IMG/VR virus record: IMGVR_UViG_3300008110_000009
Reading direction: 5' to 3' (one strand)
From: a virus
DNA length: 64,000 bases
This document shows, one piece after another, positions 30,641 to 40,601 of this stretch. A program made the translations under genes and the position numbers. The notes beneath the pieces are model-generated. The model did no database searches. It saw only the letters and a program-made list of their open reading frames with translations, and was not told the DNA's origin. Every line of letters begins with the position of its first letter. The stretch's first letter is position 1.

Positions 30641-31338
30641 TGCCAAGAAAACGTACCCAAAAAGTTTATTTTGGGGAGGATCAAGAGAAGGCGGTAGTTA
30701 GATACTTAGAAAGTTCAGACGACGCAGAAAGAAACAAGATATTCAATGAATATTTACGAGAACCCCTAGTAATAATGGTTGAGAGTATCATAAGAAGATA
30801 CAAACTATACAGAAAAGATTTTGAATTTGAGGACTTGCATACTGATACTATGTCTTTCCTTATAACAAAAATTAACAAATTCGACCATACAAAAAACCAT
30901 AAAGCATATTCCTATTTTGGAACCATTTGTAAGAATTACTTAATGGGCGCCATTCAAAAGGATACCAAAGATACAAACAGAAGTGTCTCTTATGAAGATA
31001 TATCCGAAGACATTGAGACACGTATTGATTTTTCATATACTATAGACGACTATCACGTTGATTATTCTGATGTTATAATTGCTTTAACTAATAAATTAGA
31101 AGACTTTATTGAAACAGAAGAATTGACCGACAATGAAAAGAAGTTAGGTTATGCTCTGTTAGAAATTTTTACCAATTTTGAGAGAATATTTCAAATAGGT
31201 GATGGTAATAAGTTTAATAAAAACCTGATTTTACTGTCTTTAAGAGAAATGACATCACTTTCAACCAAAGAGATACGTGTTTCGTTAAAAAGATATAAAA
31301 ACCTATATGATGGTATATTAGGCGGATTTTTAGATTAA
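30640..31338 (+). CDS. Late-transcription sigma factor (T4 gp55-like)
   Basis: 'KFD..KNHKAYSYFGTICKN', resembling the gp55 region-2 motif. Confidence 0.7.
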   Translation: MPRKRTQKVYFGEDQEKAVVRYLESSDDAERNKIFNEYLREPLVIMVESIIRRYKLYRKDFEFEDLHTDTMSFLITKINKFDHTKNHKAYSYFGTICKNYLMGAIQKDTKDTNRSVSYEDISEDIETRIDFSYTIDDYHVDYSDVIIALTNKLEDFIETEELTDNEKKLGYALLEIFTNFERIFQIGDGNKFNKNLILLSLREMTSLSTKEIRVSLKRYKNLYDGILGGFLD

Positions 31339-31353
31339 ATCTATTTATTATTT

Positions 31354-31731
31354 ATGAGACCACCGAGAAAAACATTATCATTAGACACCGACTCAGCCTT
31401 GGCTCTAATGCAGGAGATTTATAACGATATTGTGGAACAAAAAAATACGGCCACATTGATCATGAAAAAGATGCTTTCTTTTATGAAAGAATCTGAAGAT
31501 ATGTCCGTTATTGGGCCCGTAATTAAAGAACAACAAAAGATTCTTAATGAATGTACAGAAAAGAAAATATCATTAGTTAAAATCCAAAATACCCTAATCC
31601 AAAAGGGTGCCGGCTCCGACGGTAAGTTTGCACCAGGTAAAATGACTTTAACCGATGAAGATAGAGAGCTTCTAGAAAAATTAATGGACGATGATAAAGA
31701 TAAAAATAGAGGTGAAAAATTTGAAATATAA
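31354..31731 (+). CDS. Hypothetical coiled-coil late protein (small terminase candidate)
   Basis: Helical, 125 aa, TATTTAT 5 nt upstream; function is inference only. Confidence 0.4.
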   Translation: MRPPRKTLSLDTDSALALMQEIYNDIVEQKNTATLIMKKMLSFMKESEDMSVIGPVIKEQQKILNECTEKKISLVKIQNTLIQKGAGSDGKFAPGKMTLTDEDRELLEKLMDDDKDKNRGEKFEI

Positions 31732-33623
31732 TGTACGATTTAAAAGAAAAAGAAAGTCAAATTAAATCAAAGTTTAATGCGATTCAATCAGCAGCAGACT
31801 TAAAAAAAAACGTTGATAGTAGTTTAAAAAAATTTGATGACAGTATCGAAAACCTACAAGGTCAAATCGGTAGTACACTGGAGGGGTTTACCTCAAAAGC
31901 TAAACAAAAATTACCAAATACAGACAATGTATTTGAAAAAATCTCAAGTAGTTTAGAACAAATTTTACCCAAAAAAAGTGGGGAAAGTTTATTAAGAACA
32001 ACAACAAGAGAGTCAATTAAAAAAACATCAGTTTTAATTAAACCTATTTTTTTAGACAATCTTAGAAAGTTGTTTTTTGCAAATGACAACGATTTTGGTT
32101 GTGGAACACAAACATTAATGCCATATAGTGGGCTCACTATATCCCCCAAAGAATTTGATCCATTAGATATTTTACAAACAAGCCCTTTTGATAATTTAGG
32201 TAAAATTGCTTATGAAGGACAACAATCACCAAGTAAAATAAAAATGAATAGAGTTTTTTATGACACATTTTCTACAAGCCCATACAATTTTATTGCTGAA
32301 GACGAAACACAACTATTTCAAATGAATTGGAATGCGGGAATACAAAAATATCAAATATCTGGAATAGATACCAATATTTTAACGGTCGATCAATTTATTA
32401 CAAAATATTACGAGTCAATAGAATTCCCTAGATTGACAGATGTTATAAAAAATACTTTTGCAGTTATGTTTCCAATTGGGGATATATTGTCTGTAAGTCA
32501 AAACAATAAAAGCAATCCAGCATTTGACAGCACCTTAGGCAAACTAATAAAGAGTATTGATAAAATAATGGGGTTTTGTGATGATAATAATGTTGAATTG
32601 AAACAAAATCCAGTTAATCAATTTTCTGAACGAGAATCTGAATTTACATTTTTTGATTTTGATGATATTGAAGGAATAGATTTAGATGATGAAAATAGAA
32701 GGCTTAACAAAGTATTAAGATTTACCGACTGTAACAATTTTGAAATTCCAATGAATCAAAAAATTGTTGAGGATTTTGCTTTTTATGCGTCGACTAAGAA
32801 TGAAGTTGAAGTTTATAAAGCATTTGATGATGCTTTAGCAAAAACAGCAAAAGACGCTGCGAGTAAAAACATATCAATACCATTTCCAAATTTTTCATTA
32901 AATCTTAATAAGTTATCATTAAAAGGTATGTTAAGATCTTTACTAGCTGTTGTAATTTCACCAAAATTCATATTTCCAATTGTTCTTTTGTGGAAAATGT
33001 TCAAAGAAGCATCGGTCAATGCTTTTGTACAAGTAAAAACATTATTAAAAAATATTTCAAAATTCTTACAAAATACCCTAAGAGACATTTTTAATAAATT
33101 CTTAGAAATATTTTGGAAATTAATGAAACCAATATTGGCCCTTGTTATTAAAGACTTGATTAAAAGAATTATGAAAAATTCTAAATCAAAAATGAAAAGA
33201 ATATTGCTCGCTCTTATTGATATACTAGCCATGGCAATACCATTTATTGGTATTAAAAGTTGTGAAGATTTTTATAATGCAATATTACAAGTCTTAAACT
33301 ATATAAGGGTAGGTGTAAGTCAAAAAATAAACGGCCTATTACTACAGCTAAGTAAAAGATTGCCAGGGTATAGCGAAGATAGGGCAGCAATGAATGCAGC
33401 AGAATTTTTAGAAGCTAACGGAATACCAACAGGGGATCTATTTGGCCAAGAAAATAATGTTATGAAATTTGTTTCATCAATATTAAAGGGGCATCAAAAA
33501 GAAATGGATGAAAACTCATTTGTACAAGTTAGTTTAGACTATGCACAAATACCTGTTGCTCCTCTTGGAGGTGTGGCTGTCGTTCCGCCAGGATTATTAA
33601 AAGCGCACGGTAAATTAACATAA
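31731..33623 (+). CDS. Hypothetical structural protein with hydrophobic C-terminal helices
   Basis: 630 aa ORF upstream of the gp5-like gene. Confidence 0.5.
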   Translation: MYDLKEKESQIKSKFNAIQSAADLKKNVDSSLKKFDDSIENLQGQIGSTLEGFTSKAKQKLPNTDNVFEKISSSLEQILPKKSGESLLRTTTRESIKKTSVLIKPIFLDNLRKLFFANDNDFGCGTQTLMPYSGLTISPKEFDPLDILQTSPFDNLGKIAYEGQQSPSKIKMNRVFYDTFSTSPYNFIAEDETQLFQMNWNAGIQKYQISGIDTNILTVDQFITKYYESIEFPRLTDVIKNTFAVMFPIGDILSVSQNNKSNPAFDSTLGKLIKSIDKIMGFCDDNNVELKQNPVNQFSERESEFTFFDFDDIEGIDLDDENRRLNKVLRFTDCNNFEIPMNQKIVEDFAFYASTKNEVEVYKAFDDALAKTAKDAASKNISIPFPNFSLNLNKLSLKGMLRSLLAVVISPKFIFPIVLLWKMFKEASVNAFVQVKTLLKNISKFLQNTLRDIFNKFLEIFWKLMKPILALVIKDLIKRIMKNSKSKMKRILLALIDILAMAIPFIGIKSCEDFYNAILQVLNYIRVGVSQKINGLLLQLSKRLPGYSEDRAAMNAAEFLEANGIPTGDLFGQENNVMKFVSSILKGHQKEMDENSFVQVSLDYAQIPVAPLGGVAVVPPGLLKAHGKLT

Positions 33624-33624
33624 T

Positions 33625-33822
33625 ATGGATAAACAAAAATTTATAGAAATTGCAAACGATTCAGAAAACAGAAGTAACAAGGACCTTGTTGAGGCAAGAG
33701 ATTTTTTTATTTCTGAATTTGATGAGTTAAAAACATTAATTATAGATTTAACTAGAAAACTAGAAGGTGTTGAAATATTATATAATAAAATTAATGGCGA
33801 ATTAAATAAAAGATATAAATGA
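33625..33822 (+). CDS. Hypothetical protein
   Basis: 65 aa, tightly coupled in operon. Confidence 0.5.
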   Translation: MDKQKFIEIANDSENRSNKDLVEARDFFISEFDELKTLIIDLTRKLEGVEILYNKINGELNKRYK

Positions 33823-35309
33823 AAATAATTGATATTGGTATATGCATTGATAACAAAGACCCTAGAGGTTTTGGTAGAATTAGAGCTAGAAACACTGAAG
33901 AACAAGATAGTGTGAGAGCCAATGCTATTCCTGTTTGGGAACAATGGTCAAAGGATGACCCATTTGTTTATTCACCATTTTTACCAAATCATATTAATAT
34001 TATACCTCAGGTAGAGCAAGCGGTAAAGATCATAAGATATGATGATACTAAAGCCATGCAAAACCAAGAATATATCCCTGGCCCATACACAACCCCACAC
34101 AATTTTACATATCAAAATGAATTATCTCAACTAACAGAAACATCGCTGGGTCAAAGAGGTGAAAAAACCCCAGCAATAAAATCATTTACTGGTGATAAAA
34201 GAGTGTTTGATGATGGGTTTTTAAGACCCGAATCTGTTGGTAGTTTACCAAAAATAGAAGACGTAGGTATTAGTGGCAATTATGGTTCTGACATTATTTT
34301 AACAGAACATGGTGTACAATTAAGGGCTGGTAAATTAATTGATAAATCAGGAGCAACAAAAAAACAAAGGGAAGATTTAGAACTCTATCCAATGTATTCC
34401 AAAAAACACTCTAAATTATCTTTAAAAAAATTTCCAACAACAGTTAAACTTGACAGAAAAGTTATTGAAGAATCGATAATTCCTAGTGTGGAGATTAAAC
34501 ATGTTTTTGAATATGATTTGGATAGTCTTACTGCACCAACCTTGGTAACATATTCATTGTATAGAATTGAAAGATCAGAAGGGGATAGGTATAAGTCTGA
34601 TGTTTTTACTATTAACACAGAATTAAATAGCGAGACATCCAAGCTAATATATAGTGAAACAATAACATTGACTTCCGCTACAACATCTGAAAAACTACAA
34701 GAAGCGTATATTCAAATTAGAGATTTTATCTCTAAATTAGATAGAGAGAAAATGAATGCTACCGTATCGTCACTAAACGATGAGTATGCTCATCCTTTAT
34801 ATTTTAGACCTAAAACTAATTTAAGAATACAACCAAATTCTAAGTCTTTTTTAGAAAACATAACATATCTTGATAAAACAAATGGTTTTGGTTTTTTATA
34901 TAGTCAAAACTCCTCTGATATTCAACCAGAAGTAAAAAAAGTCGAAGTCCCATACTTAAAAAAAATTAGTGAAACAGACCAAAGCTTTGCTGCAATCACA
35001 GCCGATCAAATCATGTACCTATCAACAAGTTCAGCTGGTACAGATGGAAAACAAGTTGATTTTGGGGCACTAAACAAATATGAATATACCCAGGAAGATT
35101 ATGTTATGAGAATATTACCAAACACATTTTCAACCGTAAGGGGAGAAAAACTAATAGAAATATTAGATTTAATGACCCTAATATTATTAAACCACGTACA
35201 TGGTATTGTAACCCCACCAAAGTACTTCCAATCCACAATGGACGAATTAAAGAGATTAATATCTCGAGCAAAACAAGATATGGTAAATGCCTCGATAAGA
35301 ATAAACTAA
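33819..35309 (+). CDS. Baseplate central spike/hub protein (gp5/VgrG OB-fold-like)
   Basis: 'G.CIDNKDPRGFGRIRA', 'P.LP.HINIIP...QAV'; C-terminal 'RGEKL...NHVH'. Confidence 0.7.
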   Translation: MKIIDIGICIDNKDPRGFGRIRARNTEEQDSVRANAIPVWEQWSKDDPFVYSPFLPNHINIIPQVEQAVKIIRYDDTKAMQNQEYIPGPYTTPHNFTYQNELSQLTETSLGQRGEKTPAIKSFTGDKRVFDDGFLRPESVGSLPKIEDVGISGNYGSDIILTEHGVQLRAGKLIDKSGATKKQREDLELYPMYSKKHSKLSLKKFPTTVKLDRKVIEESIIPSVEIKHVFEYDLDSLTAPTLVTYSLYRIERSEGDRYKSDVFTINTELNSETSKLIYSETITLTSATTSEKLQEAYIQIRDFISKLDREKMNATVSSLNDEYAHPLYFRPKTNLRIQPNSKSFLENITYLDKTNGFGFLYSQNSSDIQPEVKKVEVPYLKKISETDQSFAAITADQIMYLSTSSAGTDGKQVDFGALNKYEYTQEDYVMRILPNTFSTVRGEKLIEILDLMTLILLNHVHGIVTPPKYFQSTMDELKRLISRAKQDMVNASIRIN

Positions 35310-35332
35310 TATGATATTTATTAAATAAAAAG

Positions 35333-36706
35333 ATGTCATATTTCCGTTCATATTTCGAGAAAAACAACACCATATTAAAGGATTCACAGGTTAATACAGC
35401 TAAAAATCCTAATACCGAGCTCATATATGGTTCGATCTTCTCAAAATTTCTTTTTAAAATTAATTTTAATAACTTAAAGGGAAAAGTAGATTCTGGTGAA
35501 TTCGTTGTTACTAGCGAAACAAAACACACACTACATTTAACAAATACCATTTTTGGTGATGAAACCTTACTTAGACAAAAAAACGGTAGGGGTAGGGATA
35601 GGACATCATCTTTTGATCTAATATTATTTAAAATAAATGAGTTTTGGGACGAAGGTGTGGGGTTTGATTATGAAGATCAAGTTTTTGACTTTGCAGATGG
35701 TAACAACGTGTTTGATGAAAGACCCTCAAACTGGTTTAATAGAACAACATTGAATAGCTGGGCTAATCAGGGTGTTTACACAAATAACCCAACAATAGTT
35801 GAAACAATACATTTTGATAACGGTAACGAAGACATTAATGTCGATATTACAGATTATGTAAACGGTGTAATAGTATCCGGAAATACCGATCATGGTTTAG
35901 GGTTGGCATTTGCTGTTTTATATCAAGATATAGATGCTGAGGTAGACCAATCTGTCGCTTTTTTTACTAGATATACTCAAACATTTTTTGAACCATACGT
36001 TGAGAGTTTTTTTAATGATACTATTGATGATAATAGACAAAATTTCATAGAAAAAACCACTCAAAATTTATATCTATACGTCACAAAAGGAACAAACTTT
36101 TATGATTTAGATTTCTTACCTACCGTTGATATTACCGATGCCAATGGTAATGTTATTACTGGTTTAGGTAACCTAACAACAACCAAAGTAAAAAGAGGGG
36201 TGTATAAGGTAACATTTGGTTTAGACGGTGTTTTATGTGATGGAAAAAGATTTTATTATGATAAATGGAAAGGATTAAGTTTAGATGGTGTTTCTATAAA
36301 CAATGTATCACAAAAATTTGTTCCAAGACCTTATTCATCAAAGTTCTCTGTTGGGGAAAACGAAACAGATGTCCAAAGATATTCTGTTCAGTTTTTTGGT
36401 ATTAGATTAAATGAAAAAATAAAGAGAGCTGAAATAAGGAAGATTGTAACAACTTTTAGATCTATTGATGTTCCTAAAAATGTTTTATTTGACGAAGTTT
36501 ATTATAGGGTCTACATCAAAGAAGGTAAAACAAATGTAAACGTATTTGACTGGACTCTAATGGACAAAACAAATGAAAATTCATTTATGTTAGATACTTC
36601 ATATTTAATCCCTAGAGAATATTATCTAGAAATTAAAGGTAAAATGCATAATGAGTTTATTTATTATAACGACGTAATAAAGTTTGAGATTGTCTCAGAA
36701 AAATAA
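35333..36706 (+). CDS. Virion structural protein
   Basis: Beta-rich, 'WDEGVGFDY' and 'FF.RYTQTFFEP'; late motif upstream. Confidence 0.55.
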   Translation: MSYFRSYFEKNNTILKDSQVNTAKNPNTELIYGSIFSKFLFKINFNNLKGKVDSGEFVVTSETKHTLHLTNTIFGDETLLRQKNGRGRDRTSSFDLILFKINEFWDEGVGFDYEDQVFDFADGNNVFDERPSNWFNRTTLNSWANQGVYTNNPTIVETIHFDNGNEDINVDITDYVNGVIVSGNTDHGLGLAFAVLYQDIDAEVDQSVAFFTRYTQTFFEPYVESFFNDTIDDNRQNFIEKTTQNLYLYVTKGTNFYDLDFLPTVDITDANGNVITGLGNLTTTKVKRGVYKVTFGLDGVLCDGKRFYYDKWKGLSLDGVSINNVSQKFVPRPYSSKFSVGENETDVQRYSVQFFGIRLNEKIKRAEIRKIVTTFRSIDVPKNVLFDEVYYRVYIKEGKTNVNVFDWTLMDKTNENSFMLDTSYLIPREYYLEIKGKMHNEFIYYNDVIKFEIVSEK

Positions 36707-36721
36707 AACTATTTATATATT

Positions 36722-37165
36722 ATGGACATTAAAAATATTGTAAAAAAGCATCTATTAGAAGCATTAGAAGAAGGTGGAGAAAAACCAGAGAATTATATGT
36801 TCTTTGGTAATATACAGCAAATGGCTAGACAATGTGAGCTTTTAATGAAAGAAGATCACAATCGTATTGATTCTATTTTAAAAGAACACGATTGGGCTCA
36901 AGATCATATCGCAGAAGCAAAAAGTTTATTAGACCAAGTTTTCGACTTCCTAATGAACGAAACCACTCGCTCTGAAGAATCACTAAATGAAGTTGAAGAA
37001 GAAATCGACGAAAGTAAAAATTGTCCAACTAATCCAGCAAAATGGGCGGCGTCAAAAGCAGCTGCTAAAGCAAAATTTGATGTATATCCTTCAGCATATG
37101 CAAATGGTTGGGCCGCAAAAAATTATAAAGCAAAAGGCGGTGGATGGAGAAAATGCAAAAAATAA
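36722..37165 (+). CDS. Hypothetical modular late protein
   Basis: 'DWAQDHI' module plus basic C-terminal 'YPSAYANGW...YKAKGGGWR' module. Confidence 0.55.
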   Translation: MDIKNIVKKHLLEALEEGGEKPENYMFFGNIQQMARQCELLMKEDHNRIDSILKEHDWAQDHIAEAKSLLDQVFDFLMNETTRSEESLNEVEEEIDESKNCPTNPAKWAASKAAAKAKFDVYPSAYANGWAAKNYKAKGGGWRKCKK

Positions 37166-37169
37166 TGCT

Positions 37170-38153
37170 ATGAAAATACTGGTAAACGAAGAAGATTTAA
37201 AATATATTGAAGAATCAATCATGAATGGTGAGATTCTTAAAGAAGATCTTAGAAGATGGTTTAAAGAAAAATGGGTTGATGTATCTAGAAAGGTTGATGG
37301 AAAGCACCCACCATGTGGAAGAAAAGACGCAAACGGAAAAGCATACCCAAAATGTAGACCATCTAAAAAAGTTTCAAAAGAAACCCCAAAAGTCGCATCC
37401 TCTTATGATAAAAAAGAGAAAAAAGCGATGACTGCACAAAAAAGACGTGCAGAAAAGAAAGAACCAAAGTCTGGAAAGGGTAATAAACCAACTTTTGCAC
37501 GTTTTGACGAAAGTATTAATAAAGACCAAATTGTAAATCTAGTTTTAAACACACTAAATGAGGTTAAAATTGACAATAGAGGCCCAAAAATGGCTATAAA
37601 TGAGTCAAAAAACATGATTTCAGAGTCTATATCATATCACATAAACAATAATTTACCAATTACCGAAAATGTTTATAGAATTTACTCAGAGGAATTCTTT
37701 AAACTTTATACTGAAGCCAAAAATCTAATGAAAAATGGTGTTGTAGAGTTTTTTGGTGACGATTTAGACCTATTACATACCAATATTGGAGAAATCGGGA
37801 TATATGAGGGGGCTGAAGTTTATTTAGACATACCATTTGTTGATGGAGAAGAGGAATACCTGGTTGAAGCTAAACATAGAGGTAGAAATGTTAAATTAAA
37901 TAAACCATTTAGAACATCGGGCGGTCCTAAAAAATTTGCAGTTTACGTAAAAACGCCTAGCGGGAACATAAAAAAGGTAACTTTTGGTGATCCTAATTTA
38001 AGAGTTAGAAGTTCTAACAAAAAAGCAGCTAAATCTTTTAGAGCTAGACACAAATGTGCTCAGAAAAAAGACAGAACAACCGCCGGTTACTGGAGCTGCA
38101 ATATATCTAGATATAGAAAAGCGTTAGGTATCAAATCTAAAAATCCCTGGTAA
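37170..38153 (+). CDS. Modular basic late protein
   Basis: 'LRRWFKEKWVDV..HPPCGR..YPKCRP' and 'KKFAVYVK..VTFGDP..FRARHKC..AGYWSC' modules. Start moved to ATG 37170 to avoid a long overlap. Confidence 0.6.
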   Translation: MKILVNEEDLKYIEESIMNGEILKEDLRRWFKEKWVDVSRKVDGKHPPCGRKDANGKAYPKCRPSKKVSKETPKVASSYDKKEKKAMTAQKRRAEKKEPKSGKGNKPTFARFDESINKDQIVNLVLNTLNEVKIDNRGPKMAINESKNMISESISYHINNNLPITENVYRIYSEEFFKLYTEAKNLMKNGVVEFFGDDLDLLHTNIGEIGIYEGAEVYLDIPFVDGEEEYLVEAKHRGRNVKLNKPFRTSGGPKKFAVYVKTPSGNIKKVTFGDPNLRVRSSNKKAAKSFRARHKCAQKKDRTTAGYWSCNISRYRKALGIKSKNPW

Positions 38154-38443
38154 TGAAAAATAACGGCGATTCCTTGCCTTTTGACGAAAAATTAAAGGGA
38201 ATATACAATTACAGAAAATTTAGCTCAGAATTGGACGAAAATGAGCTTAAATGGCATTTTGATGAACAAGATCGTATAGTTGTTTGCGAACATGAAACCG
38301 ATTGGTGTATTCAGATGGACAATAGGCTACCCATTAAGATCCAAAAAAACGTCGAGTATTTTATACCGGAAGGTGAATATCATAGGATTATAAAAGGTAC
38401 TGGTGATTTAACTGTTAGAGTCCTTAAATTAAACGCATTTTAG
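38153..38443 (+). CDS. Cupin-like small protein
   Basis: 'KWHFDEQDR' and 'IPEGEYHRIIKG' cupin His motifs. Confidence 0.6.
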   Translation: MKNNGDSLPFDEKLKGIYNYRKFSSELDENELKWHFDEQDRIVVCEHETDWCIQMDNRLPIKIQKNVEYFIPEGEYHRIIKGTGDLTVRVLKLNAF

Positions 38444-38738
38444 ACCAATACCATATTCTATTATCAGAATATCTCCCCAGGCTCTTAGCCTCTTTTTTTT
38501 CAATTAATTTACCAATTTGTAAGATATCTGTTTGATTTCTAATGTCTATACCAATATTAAACCCCCCATCAGACTTCTCATAAGTGGTTTCTCTCATTGG
38601 TTCTACATACTTACCCTCATCATAAAGTTTAAGCATTTTAACCATCTCATCCTTTTTCATTTTACATTCTATACCCCTCTGGTATATCATTTTTTCAAGA
38701 ACGTCTGTTCGGAGCTTGCTGTAATCCGTTTCACTCAT
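38424..38738 (-). CDS. Hypothetical early protein (SAP/HeH-like N-terminus)
   Basis: MSETDYSKLRTDVLEK...RGI...KKDEMV; start placed just after the host-type promoter. Confidence 0.5.
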   Translation of the reverse strand: MSETDYSKLRTDVLEKMIYQRGIECKMKKDEMVKMLKLYDEGKYVEPMRETTYEKSDGGFNIGIDIRNQTDILQIGKLIEKKEAKSLGRYSDNRIWYWSKMRLI

Positions 38739-38743
38739 AAATG

Positions 38744-38775
38744 CAAAAATAAAGAATATTTTGGAATATTCCAAA
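38744..38775 (-). promoter_or_regulatory. Bacteroidota primary sigma promoter
   Basis: TTTG-N20-TATTTTTG, an exact -33/-7 consensus match. Confidence 0.7.
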
Positions 38776-38778
38776 AAT

Positions 38779-38808
38779 AAAAAACCCCCCGAATTCGGAG
38801 GGTCTTTT
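38779..38808 (-). terminator. Intrinsic terminator after major capsid gene
   Basis: GACCCTCCGAATTCGGGGGGTT followed by a T-run on the minus strand. Confidence 0.8.
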
Positions 38809-38825
38809 ATTATAGACAATTAAGA

Positions 38826-40568
38826 TTATCTTAAAGTATCCAAGCTGAATGTGTTCAAACCACTTACGTTGATCACACCGAAGTAACGGTTGTTAACCAT
38901 TTTCTTCGCGTATCTTGTCATGATACCTTTGATAGGTGTCATGTTAAATGGATTGTACATAGTTGGGGTTAATTGTAGAGGCACATATGGTGCATAAATA
39001 TAACCAGCATCCAATAATGATTTACCTTTGTGACCGATCACAATCTTACCTGCTGGTAAATATGGATCACGGTATACTTGGTAACGACCAGCTAATGAAC
39101 CGATTTTTTCAATACCCATGTTGTATTGATCTTGCTCAGGAGCGGCATTTGATACGTGGAAATATTCTAAATCGTCGAATACTGCAGAAACTTCTGAAGA
39201 TACTACGATCCAGTTAGCGCCACCTCTCAATGTTGTTTTATGGATTTGAGCAGAAATTTGGTTGATTTTAGTAACCAAAGTTTGGTTCCAGTCTTTCTGA
39301 GTGTAACCCATAAATGGTGTTCCACCAGTTGCACCGTACTTCCACTCATTGTAATCCCACTTAGCTGTCCAAGCAGCACCTTTTCTAAGGTCACGTAAAA
39401 TTTCACGGTCAACCTCAGCAGCGATTTGCTCAGATAATAAAGCTGTTAATTCAGCTTCAGCATCGATGTTATGGAACGCAGATACGTCCTGTGCTAATTC
39501 TGGAGACCAGCTAGCTCTTAATTTTCTTTCAGTAACTGATACTGTTACAGAAGCTAAGTCGAAAGAAACCTCACCGATTTCATCTTCGAATTCTAAAGTA
39601 TCATACACTCTGTAAGTTACTTTGAAGTTAGCTAATGCTAAGTCGTTAGAACTGAAGTCAGCAGCAGCGAAACCGCTTGTTGCGCTATATGACTCTAAGT
39701 CAACGTTAAGGTAGATTTTACCTTCTTCGTCACAAATATCTTGGAATCTGTTAAGACCAGAACCACCTTTTACACCATACTCAACGATACCTTTACCATA
39801 TTTTTGAGTTACAATGTTAAAGTTTTTAACACCGTTGTTAGCAGTTGTGTTACCAGTAATTTCAACTTGTAGAGATGCTAAGAACTCTTCAGTATCCATT
39901 GCGTTACCGTTTACACCTACTAATTTACCTTGACCGTCTTTAGTGAAACCAGAAAGAACGATGATTGCGCTAGATACAGATGCACCACTTAGAGCAGTTG
40001 CACTTGTAGAAGCAACACCACTAGAGAATGTTACGAACGCATGAGGGTTTACTTCACTTACAGTGAAAGATCCTTTTGAATAATCAAATAGACCTTGATC
40101 AGCTGCATCTGAAGACTCATAGAAACGATCGTAAAGACTTCTAGCACTTGTAGTACCTGTGTCATAACCTAAGCTAGCAGCATCGTTGTTGCTTGGCATA
40201 CCAAACGGTGCTAAGTGTGCGTTAGATTGTCTTTCTTGGATTTTAGGTACAAAGTAGAACAATTTACCGATTGGTAAGTTCATAGCCTGTACAGAAACGA
40301 TGTCATTCGCTAATAATTTAGAGAAAACACGGCGGATAATTGGGAATACCACTGTCTCGAAAGAACCTGAAGAGTCAGAAACTGCTGCTTCGTTGATTAA
40401 ATAAGACGCTTGGTTTTCGTATAACTGCGCGATGTTATCTTTTTGATGGCCGTCAAGACCTTCTAGGAATCCTAAGTCTTCCCATTTTTTGATAGTATCT
40501 TCTTTGATAACACGAAGGTGCTTAAGACCGATGTTACCAACCATACCTGATTCTAATAATGCTCCCAT
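38826..40568 (-). CDS. Major capsid protein (T4 gp23-like)
   Basis: IVSVQAM..P.G, RKLRASWSPELAQD, DAEAELTALLSEQIAAEVDRE, YAPYVPL and GIMTRY motifs. Confidence 0.97.
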   Translation of the reverse strand: MGALLESGMVGNIGLKHLRVIKEDTIKKWEDLGFLEGLDGHQKDNIAQLYENQASYLINEAAVSDSSGSFETVVFPIIRRVFSKLLANDIVSVQAMNLPIGKLFYFVPKIQERQSNAHLAPFGMPSNNDAASLGYDTGTTSARSLYDRFYESSDAADQGLFDYSKGSFTVSEVNPHAFVTFSSGVASTSATALSGASVSSAIIVLSGFTKDGQGKLVGVNGNAMDTEEFLASLQVEITGNTTANNGVKNFNIVTQKYGKGIVEYGVKGGSGLNRFQDICDEEGKIYLNVDLESYSATSGFAAADFSSNDLALANFKVTYRVYDTLEFEDEIGEVSFDLASVTVSVTERKLRASWSPELAQDVSAFHNIDAEAELTALLSEQIAAEVDREILRDLRKGAAWTAKWDYNEWKYGATGGTPFMGYTQKDWNQTLVTKINQISAQIHKTTLRGGANWIVVSSEVSAVFDDLEYFHVSNAAPEQDQYNMGIEKIGSLAGRYQVYRDPYLPAGKIVIGHKGKSLLDAGYIYAPYVPLQLTPTMYNPFNMTPIKGIMTRYAKKMVNNRYFGVINVSGLNTFSLDTLR

Positions 40569-40601
40569 TTTTTTGGATTTTATTTGTTTAGTTTTATTTT
40601 A

